From Daphnia carinata (taxonomy: Eukaryota), in contig NC_081332.1 in assembly GCF_022539665.2 (NCBI RefSeq), positions 4,402,001 to 4,466,000 on the forward strand: a DNA stretch of 64,000 nt. The letters run 5' to 3'. The number at the start of each line of letters is the position of its first letter. The first letter of the stretch is position 1. The notes under the pieces are model-generated. The model was not told the origin of the DNA. It saw only the letters and a program-made list of their open reading frames with translations, and searched no databases. Below, in pieces: positions 53,750 through 64,000 of this stretch. Position numbers and translations under genes: made by a program.

Positions 53750-56700
53750 TTTTCAAAGGCTATATTCCCAAGATTTCAGGAAATGGTTGACCTATTAAAT
53801 TGAAATGGTCAATAATAAGTTACAGCCGTCTGATACTACAATGTCAATCCAATCTTGACGAGGACAAAAGTCAATTTTCTAGATATTCCGTCAGATGTCT
53901 GTAAACCAATTTCATAAAGAGGCTAAACAAAAAAAATGTCCGACTTGATAAACGATCCGCAAAAACTGGCGTTCAACTCTTAAAAGAAATCCCTTTCATT
54001 TTGCAACGCGGTTTTTTTACGAAAAGAAAACAAAGTGATAAACAACACGCCTTTCACAGAGAGAGAGTGCGCTGGGGAAAAAAACGAATTTTCTTCTCGT
54101 GTAACAAGAAATGAGGGCGCTATAAAGCAATGAAGCTTGTGGAAAGAGAAAATTCCAATTCAATCGGACTATATTACCTTTTGTAGAGAGTAGCAGACGG
54201 CCAAACCGTCTGTCCGCGACGAACCTTGGGCGGCTACTTAAATTCTGGCGGCGAGAGATGCGATATATTAAATCAAGAAAAAGAAACCCAACTTTGAACA
54301 CATACAAGGCTGATTGAAATCGGTGCATATCAGTTTACCTGTCTATTTTTAAAAGTAAGAGGCAACCCATCGACACAAAAGAGAGCTATAGAGTGTTATC
54401 ATTGGGGGGGGGGGGGAACATATTCCGGATCGAATGTCATGTTTATGGTTGGACAGGTAAAAAGATCAGCAGTGTTCTGATGCGTGATTGTGATGCCGAG
54501 TCAGCGTGTTGTTCAAACGTTCGAACTGCGTTATCTATCGACCTGCGCTCCCTCTCGTTTCAACATCATTTGCCTAGCACATGCATCGCTGATCAAACTT
54601 ATCGAAGGAATTCATCCGAATATGATTGAAAATTAGGCACACATCACGAGCTGTCTCATTGAAAACCCCATAGGCCGATCGTTTAAAAAAATGTATACTG
54701 TCCCCAATTAGCAATTAAGTTTTTTTTTTTTAATTCACACACCGTTGCCATGAGCTGTGTCAATTTAAAAAAATGTTTTTGAACAATACGGCCTAAAAGG
54801 TGAAAGTGTCCACAATTTTTTTGTTGTTGTACGTAGTCAAGTAAAAAAAAAAAAATTCCGTTTTATTTACCTTGTATAGTTGGCTAGACAGTTGAAATCA
54901 TTAGATTTTTTGCCATGATCGTTCTTTCTTTCACCCGGGGAAACACTAAAAAAAGAAAATGCAAAACAATTTTTTTTTCGACGCTGAAATTTTTGTTTCG
55001 CTGCGTTGGAACTTTATTATATCACTGGCAAGGAAAACCTGATGTGCGCCTCACTTTACAGTGGCTCCCAGGCAACCCACCTGGCTATGAGTCGTGGAAG
55101 AAAGTGTTTCTCGGCCTCAACTTTCTCTTTCCTTTAGAAGCAGGTCCTTTTGTACCTTTCATTTTCTTTTACATTTTTCGGTCGAGAGACTTCTTTCCTT
55201 GCGGCCATATGAATTGATTTCGATGGATATTGACTCCTACACGCGTTTTGAATTTTTTTTTTTTTTTAACAATGAAACGGATGCGAGCGGAGGTGGGCAT
55301 TTTTTTCGACACATGGGATGTTAATATGCAATATCCTCTTTCCGGGATGCACTTCCGGTATCCGTTCCGTGTTAGTGCAACAAGATTAATTTAAGCGATC
55401 TGTCGGTTGGTTACGCATCAACATTGTTACATTGTCATTTTGATTTTTACTCGCCAATAGAGTGATGCCATCTAGCGGCCTAGAATTTAAACTATATCGA
55501 TCCAGTAGGAATACCCTTTAGTAAAGACATCCTTTTTTTTGCGTAATAATATAGCTGTGGTAACAAAACATGCCGACATTTTTAATGTTAAAAAAAAAAT
55601 TATGTTTACCCTCCTAGAAATCATAAAGTCAAAACCCGAAATAAAAAAATCCAGATAACCAAGCGATAGCAGTATTTGAATATGAAAAGAACGATGTTTC
55701 GGATGAGGAGCAACACAATTGGTAACAAAAAGACGTAAGAATTACGTGGAATATAACGGCTCATCATTCAGAAAAAAAGAAATGTCGCACCAGGGATTCC
55801 ATAACACATGAGTGAAAAACTAGGACAACCAAAAAAAAAAAAAACAACATGTCCTTATCGATCCACGGCGAGAACACAAACTTTCTGATGTGTCATCCAA
55901 TCCGTCCACTTTCAGTTTCGGCTGCTGCTGGATGGATCGATAATCCAATCTTCAAAAAAAAAAAAAAAATAAGAAAATCCAGGCGTAGTCTAATAGGGTT
56001 CCCGAAGGATATCAACCAAGTCGTGTCAAGAATACTGTTCATGCACGATGAAGTCACACGATCCAAACAATCACAGACAAGAGATCAAGTCAATTTCATA
56101 TGAAAACAGGTTTTCTTTTTTTGTCTACATATATATTCTGCAGCTAAAAAAAAGGTTTAACCAGTCAGTTACCGGATACGGTCGTTCGTTTCCAGAAAAG
56201 GACAACACACATGGTGTTGTACGCATTCTTTATTCGTTTTTTTGGCCGACCTGAATCATCTGTTTACAGAGAATCAGATAAAACACAACGAGGGGCTGCA
56301 CACACACACACATCCAGCGTTCTTTTATCCGCAACGTCTTGGGCCGCAGCGAATTAGGGACGCTAATGAACCGAGGAAAGTCGGGACGAAGGGCTTTTTT
56401 CTTTTGTTAATTGGATTGCTAAATTGAACGGGCCGCGAAAAATCTCGAGAAAAAATACGAAACATGTTTTCCTTTTTTTTTTACGATGGTTTTATCAGCA
56501 TAGGCGTAATAATGCCATTGGATCCAGGTGGATTTACGATCCATGACACATTCGTAATATTTTCTTCCTAGAAAGAAAAAAAGCTTTTTGAGATTTCCTC
56601 GAGAGTTCAACCTGAACTGCATGTTAATTTTCGGCAATAAGGAAAATGGTGTTTTTTGAAAAAATATATGTCGACCCACACCCATTTTGGAATGGACGTC

Positions 56701-59700
56701 AATTAAATGGGGGGGGGGGGGTAAATAGCAGTTGGGAGCGGTTCTGTGTTGATTGTTATTCTAAAAGTCATCACACACGTTGAAAATTGAATGAAAAAAA
56801 AATGAAGAAAATTAGACATGGACTGGACACGAAAGTTGAATGCCTTCGAGCGGAACGGCCAACGGTTCACTGATTCGTTCAAATCGTGCTTGTACAGTAC
56901 TACCCCGCTAACTTGAGAAACATACGCTTGATTGATTAGGAACGCTCTCTACTCACCAATGCTGTTGCTGTCGTCAAGATTCCAAATAATTTCGGGAGAG
57001 ACGGTTGCCAAGTTGTCGTCCGGATCGTGCCCAGAAAGCACAAAAGAGAAAAAAAACTTTCTATGGGAACACAATGCATGTACGGATTACGTCTTGTTGG
57101 ATTCACGCTCCCGGAAGACTGTGTGCTATAGTGGTTTTAACAAAAGTCGTGTAGAGTTTTTAAATATTCTATTTTTAAAGACCCTTTCAGTTGAGTGAAT
57201 CTTTTTTTTTTTTTCAAAAATAGACCCGAAATCAATTAGCCACAGCAACGGTCAGCCGCGTGAAAGAAAACAAGTTAAATCAACTTTGGGGAGTTGTGCG
57301 TGCAGCAGCCAGTGTGTGTGATGTATCGGAAAAGTTGAACGATTTCTCTTGCATGACGCAATTCATCATATTCGAAACTCTCCGTCGTCTTTCGCTTTAT
57401 TTCGTTTCACTTGTTTAACAAAGAGAAAGTCTTTGTTACGCCGGTCCTATTGTAATAATAAAAGAACGAGAATTGCGTATGCAGAATGATTATGGTAGGC
57501 TATGATTCGTTGCTTTCTTTGACGATACGATCTAAAATGAGTCTATAAAAAAATCGATGTATCCAATATTTACAAAAGAAGCTATTCGTGCCGTTTTACA
57601 ATTCGTAGCCAAATGCAGTTGTTGAACGAGATTTCAATAAAAAATCGATTAGACGAGCATGGCACGCGCGTGCCTATGGAAAATGCGCAGCTTCGTGCTG
57701 CCGTGCTTTTTTGCATAATGAAAAACGCCATTTGACTTTTCTTTGACGTGTTATTTATTTGTAAACAGCTCTGTGTCTGTGTACACACAATCTTCATACG
57801 GTGTCGTTTGCATGCATCCAAGGCCGTTTTGGCAAAAGACATCCAGCCATTTTTGTTTATCGCCTCATTTGCCTATAAATTCTGTAGTACTACCACAAAC
57901 GACTACCTTCAAACATTTTTACTATCTGTTTACTATCTACACTTCTAAGTGGCCTCCGGCGTTCGGGAAGACACACACGGACAACTTGTTATTACACAAT
58001 CAGCTCTACAACTTCCGACTCTTTGGGAACATACCTTTTTTTCGGGAGGGGGGAAGAACATTTCAATGGATGATGGAAAAGATTCAACCGGAAATGATGG
58101 TGTATCTCTCCCCCTTTTAGAAAAACCGGATGGGGTTGTATACATACCTCAACCCCTCGTTCATAGAAAACAATTCACCCTCCCCCGTTCGGAACAGCTT
58201 GAGACAGACCGAACTAACAACAACAACAAACGTGTGGCCATACATGGGCCGCGCCTCTTGTGTCGCAAAAGGGCTCTATTTTTCTCTCTCTTGTTTTAGG
58301 TCAACACATTTTCCCTGTCAAGTCGAATGAAGTTTTGAACTTTATCCTGGACCATAAAAGCGAAGAAGCCACTAAGAAGAAGACGAAGGCTGTTGTTGGT
58401 TGTTATCCTTGTTAGTAATAGGCCACCAACAAAAAGGGGAGAAACAAGAGAGATGACTGTTAAGTGTTAACTGCGGATCGTTATTATACGACCGCGGCTT
58501 GTTATGGGTCCAGACGTTCCTTTTGTTTTTTTGTTTATCAAAGGACTCTAGAGCTATTTAGGGCTGGGGAGTGTTTTTTTTTGCTTAAATTCCCTTTTTG
58601 CTATTCTTACTTGTATTATGACCGTGCGACTCTCAAATGCTATGTAGTAAACATAAAGCTAGATGACTCTCTTCTTTTTTTTAACCAAGAGAAAACAGCT
58701 GTGGACTTTGATTTTATTGTCGTTGAACGCCGCTAGAGTTTTGCTGTTTTATTTCAAAGATAAAATGTTCTACATCAAATTTAATATAACTTTAGGATTC
58801 AATGTTTTTGTTGAGAAAATATGTTGATCAACGTTTGTTGCAGGAAAAAAAAAGCGCGCATTTGAAGGAAAGCCTTGAGGGGTGAAGCAGAGCCACCTAG
58901 CGGATCGATGGTACTGAATAATAAACACTCCCACCAAAAGCCGAAAAGTGTAGGTAAGAGAAAAGTGAGGGCACGCCCCCTTCTCCTCGTGTCTGGTCCT
59001 GTTTTCCTTTTTTATTCTTTTTCAAAACTGTTCAGTCTTCCATTTGGCGTCGTAGACGACACACAACACTCGAGCTGTCCCCTGTATTTGTTTTTTTTGT
59101 GAAATTATGATAAATCTACTGGTTCTACCACCAACTTGTTGATTTGTGTGATTGACAACGTGTCTAGTTTCTAAAAAAAAGAACTTTCTGTTTACGCATT
59201 ATCACGTGTAGAGTGTTTTTTGTGTTGTGGGCCAAAAGAAGTTTGCAGTCACGTTGCCTGCACACCAACTATGCGAATCCACGATGGTGGACTGTGGTGA
59301 CCCACCATTGAAAAACAAAAGGCCGCGATATTTACGTCGTGTAAAGTGTTTCGTGGTGGTGACAAACCCGAAGGACATCATTACCAACATACGGTGAGTT
59401 TTAATTATTCCAAATTGTGTTTCGTTTTGTTTTTTTAAGTGTTTTTTACGTAATGGCTGCAATGGCTAATAAGGCACTGTACAAAAAGGCGCGTGTTCGT
59501 TGTCTCCCTCGAGCTCTAATGTCGTAACTGGAGATTCCTTTTTTTTTTTTTTTTTAATAACAGTTGGCATTTTTTTTTTGTTTGTTTATTTCTCTGTGTA
59601 ACATCTCGCAACACACTTTATCATTCGCTTATTGCGTCATCGCAATCTTCTTTCAGAAAGAAATGTTGTCACCACCAACGCGCCATATTTGAAATCATAT

Positions 59701-62650
59701 TTCAAAGAGGAACGCACAAAAGACAATTTCCCGTTAGCCTTTTTTTTGTGTGTGTACAATTTGATCTGTTTTTATCTCATCTTGGTAACCGTCGTTGAAA
59801 CGATAGAGCCTTCTTTTTCACTCGAATGCACCAAACAACAGTCAACCTCTCAATAGAGCGTGAGAAGTTGGCCATGTTTTTTCCCGCGCGTTAATACCGA
59901 TCATCGTTCGTTCAAAAGGATAAAAGACACACGGAGATGTTATTTTTTTTTTTGCGGCGTACAAACACAATGGGAACATCAACACGCCAAGACTTAAAAA
60001 AAAAAAACCGGTCACTGCGCCGCTCACGCGGCCTAAATTTTCGGGATTAAAAAATATATTTTCTTCGCCTGAATTATGAAGCAAAACAAAATTGAATGAA
60101 GAGGGGGGACCCCGTTAGCGTGACCTGAAGGCATGTTCAACAATTTTCATTTTTTTTTTCGGCGGGAGAATAAAATGGGAAATACAACACCTGCCTTAGT
60201 TATGTTTTCTCGCTTCTCTTATCTCATCAAAGTTAAAAGCCGCAACCGGCACACGTCATTATCAGTGACATAGATATCGCACATATCTTTGTTGAAGATG
60301 GGGAGGGGGGGATTGTTTTTTTCCCCTGTCTGTGGTTTATCGTTTGGTTTCACAAGGAGATAAGGTATTTTTTTTTGTTTCTCTCTCCCCCCCTACTCAT
60401 GTGGTCACTCCCGCAATTTCCATTTCCGCTCCACTTCGGAACTCGGACGTTAATAACGGCCCTCCTAAAGAATGATTGGTGGTTGTGCAAAAGAACGAAA
60501 AAAAAAAATTCCAATGAAATCGGAGCAGGTCACCACACAACCTGACAAAGTTATTATTATAGAGAAATTTTTTATTATTGTTTCGGATGGATCAAAAAAA
60601 AAATTGTAGGAATTTATTGTGGTATTTTGTGAAGGCAAAACAATTACTGTACAAACGGTCTTGACCTGTTTTAACTCGTTTCGTAAAGGACTTTAAAACA
60701 AGGCATCCACCCTTTGCTTATTTCTACACGAGAAAGAAAAAATAACGGTGTATGTTTCGGGAGTAGGAAGATAAGAAAACACGAGCTTAACCAGTTTACG
60801 ATTGACCTTTAACGACAATCCAGTAGTTTTCGTCTTTTTACTTTTTTTTTCTCTCACGGATGAGACACAACTCACTTTTAAGGACATGTGATGGTCACGA
60901 GTTGCTCATTCGGGATTTCATTTTGCTCTTGGAAAATAATTTTTTGTGTTTTGCTAAAAAAAAAAATCAACTGGCAATGAAGAATTTCATCATTTTCTCT
61001 TTTTTTCGTCTTCTTTTCGAGGTTGACGACCGTCAATGGCCGGTTGGTCATTCGAGTCACGTACAAGTCGTTTGGTTCCATGTTTTGCTGTTGTTTCTAG
61101 ACGCATATGCTAGAATGTCTCTATATAAGGCAGAGAACGCCATCGTTCTTTTTCAGCGCACAGGTGGAAGAAGAAAACAAAACATTTCAGCATGGAAAGT
61201 AACTGCGGTCCGATAATGGTTTAAAAACCGTGTTTTGTACAAAACCAGTTGGGAACCGCTTGAGGAGAAAACTGCTACTACTACTACTACGATGGTACTA
61301 CAACTGGTCAAACAGGGCCAAACTCTCACATGGCAAGTGAAAGTCCATCGTAGTTTGAAGAAAGGGGAACACAAACTTTCATCTCTTCTTTCTCAATTTG
61401 TGTGAGAAGAATCTCTTTGACTCGCCAAGTGCGGTGAAAATGAGGGGTCCCCCCCTTTGGGCTGTCATTGTTTACCAATCTAGCTGTTCAAAAAAGAAGA
61501 ATTATAAAAGAACCTCTGGGTTGCCCACTTTCAAAAAAAAATTCGGACTTTTAAATCGGTTTCTGCAACGCTTGTCACTTGTATCCAATTTCATTATGTT
61601 TATACTTTTCCACGTAATGGATCGTATCTCCAAAAAGAAAGAGAGACCTTGACAAAAGTATTGTTTGCTTATGTCAGGAGTCGGTATTTTTTCGCATTTC
61701 AAGGTTTTCAAAAAATGATCTGTATGGTTGCCGAACCGTAGGTAGGCGCGGGGGTATCGCGTGTTGTTACCTTGACTCTCCTTTTTTTTATACCACTGTA
61801 GGGGACCTCTCTCTCTTGTGCGCTGTAAAGAGAAAAAAAAAGAGAATGTGCGCATTTAGCTATCCTCATTTGCATACCGCGGTGCAAAACACTGGCTTGC
61901 GTTACGTAAGTCTCCCAAATGGGCGCCAGTCACGCTCTCTCTCTCGAACTTTATTGGGATCGGTCAAACGCAATTTCAAGTCACCACGGGTAAACAAAAT
62001 GTGATCGTTAGCGTGTTATTCATGTTAAGCAATTGGATATTACTTAATGATGCCCCGTGGGAATGGTGATCACGAGCTTATCTCACCCACATTATCTTAC
62101 TACTAATTTTGATGACGTTGAAAGAAAAAGCGAATGGATATTCATTAAAGAGATTTCCTCTCTTTTTTTCCATGTTTTGCTAATGAGCATCCCCCCACAC
62201 TGTTCCAAATGGAAAGGCGAGAACAGGAAATGGCGTAGGGAGTGGCGGTCATAGGGAAGAGATCGGATGATCATCCAAAAAAGAAGATGGCCTCTTAGCT
62301 TTTTTAGCGTGTGAAACTGCGACACACGAAACGCAGAGGTTTATATACCAGCATTCTATCCGCGTCGTTCATCATGCTCATTACGATAAAAAAAAAAATA
62401 AGGCCAGCCGTTGTATTTCTATCGTCACTACCCGAAATACAGGATGACAAATTCCGGCGGAATTCCGCATCGTTGATTTATGTTTTTGAATGGGAATTGT
62501 TTATTTTTTTTATCGTATATAATTTGTATCTTAATCTATTTTAATTTTGTTTTCAACAGGGCGTGGTGAACGGGAGGCGCACTATTTTCTTAAAGGCCGT
62601 CGTATAAGAAAAAGAGAAATCGGGTTTGAAGACGTTGGGGGTTGTCGGAA

Positions 62651-63815
62651 ATGGTTGCCAACGAAATAGCTGGCTCTGGACAGGTGGATGTCTTTCTCGG
62701 AGGCGGTAGCAGGTGGACAACATCATCTAGCGACTTGAGAATCACTTCGACGTGCCACACGAACAGAATGTCGGCCGTGGGCGTAGGATCGACGGCGTCG
62801 GCGCCAACGACGACGCCACCCGGCGGCGATGCGCTCAACTTGAGCTGCCTAGGACCTCCCCACTACGCGGCGGACAGACATCGCACCACGGCCGCTCAGG
62901 GGTGGACGGACACGCGCCCACCGTCGGCCGACATTGGCCCGTCAGAGACGGACGAGGAAGGTCTTCCCCAGCACAGATCCAGTAGTTCTTCCATTAGCCG
63001 CCAGTCGAACAATCATTCGCTTGATGATTGCGGCCATAGTGCAGTGCACGGTGATCTCTCTCCTTGTTCCAGCGACGCCATCCGGATTAGTGTCTGTAGT
63101 GGATTACTTGACCAGTCGGCTCATGGCGAGGATTTGAGTGCGTCCGCAACGGAGGACGTCGGCGCTGGTGTCGTTAATGATGCCCTGGATGCTCCGCAGA
63201 GGCCGGACGACCAGCAGCACGACGACAAGATGCCGCACCAATCATCGCATTACGATTGCGGCTCGGTTACGCAACAACAACAGTGGAAGACGGAAGGTGA
63301 CGAAAGCAACACGGTTTCTACATCGCCTTCCGGCGGAATAACCGTCGGAGGCGTACCGCTCAAATCGGCACTGAAACGGGCTCCCGCAGCGCGTGCTGGC
63401 GGAGTGGCCGGATCGTTGCAGCACCTACAGTCGTCGCGCAAAAAGGCGCGGGTGCGGTTCAACGAGGCGCTCAACACTTTCCTCGAGTGCGACTACGTCA
63501 TCTACGTCGACGACGATGAATACGATCTCTTGTACCATTTGGACGCGGTTGCGGCGGCCGCTGCTCAAGCGGAAGCTGAATTAGCCGATGTGGCTGCGAC
63601 GGAGCAGCCTCAATTAGTCAACGTTCGTTCGTTTGAACTGCAGTTGCCCGAGACGTCACTGACGTCGACTTGTGTCAGTCACGCGACCATCACGCCGGCA
63701 GCCGCTACGACTGGCGATGCTGGAACGTTAAGTCCACCCGATGGGTACAAGGACGCGGCCGCATTTTACGCCGCTGCGGCCGCTTTAGTCGATCTGGAAA
63801 ATCAACATCTTTCCG
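62651..63815 (+). CDS. First coding exon of an unidentified, largely disordered protein with PP1-docking-like motifs; continues right of the window
   Basis: Acceptor TTTCAACAG at 62559, ATG at 62651, a GC-rich open frame of about 388 codons and a donor G|GTATTT after 63815. Contains KSALKR and RKKARVRFNE, followed by NTFLECDYVIYV and LSPPDGYKD. Confidence 0.75.
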
Positions 63816-64000
63816 GTATTTTTTCTTTTTCTTTTTTTGATAAAAGCTTTCCAAATGATTCAAAGTTGTTATTTATCATTTTTGTTTTTCCTTGTTTTGT
63901 TGTTGGCTCGAGGGCAGATTTACATCCATATCTAATAACTTTTTCCGCATGCTAGATTCTATTATCTTTTTCCATATCCTCTACGTGCAGTTGTTGGGTA

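Noticed and set aside
54400..62500. Short ORFs in the long region upstream of the last gene
   Set aside because: Low complexity, no recognisable domains or exon chains; most likely promoter and first-intron sequence.

Overview
AT-rich, intron-dense eukaryotic DNA. The 55-80 nt introns, long A/T runs and (CA)n tracts, plus arthropod-type proteins, suggest a Daphnia-like branchiopod crustacean (inferred, not proven). Gene models were built by hand from GT-AG sites and exon phases. In order: the 5' half of a CAMTA gene (-), AP-2 mu (-), polyhomeotic (-), then a cluster of four SLC28/CNT nucleoside transporter paralogs. Interleaved in that cluster are a head-to-head pair of diverged RacGAP1/CYK-4 paralogs, an ionotropic-receptor gene, and two 3-exon genes for 70-aa secreted six-cysteine peptides that the ORF track misses. 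The window ends in the first coding exon of an unidentified protein with PP1-docking-like motifs. Most interesting: (1) the two prepro-peptides with beta-defensin-like Cys spacing, a candidate undescribed antimicrobial/effector family; (2) the RacGAP1 pair, where one copy lacks the GAP domain but keeps a C-terminal FFTSP tail and the other keeps the GAP but lacks the tail; (3) CNT paralogs that differ at known substrate-selectivity positions.
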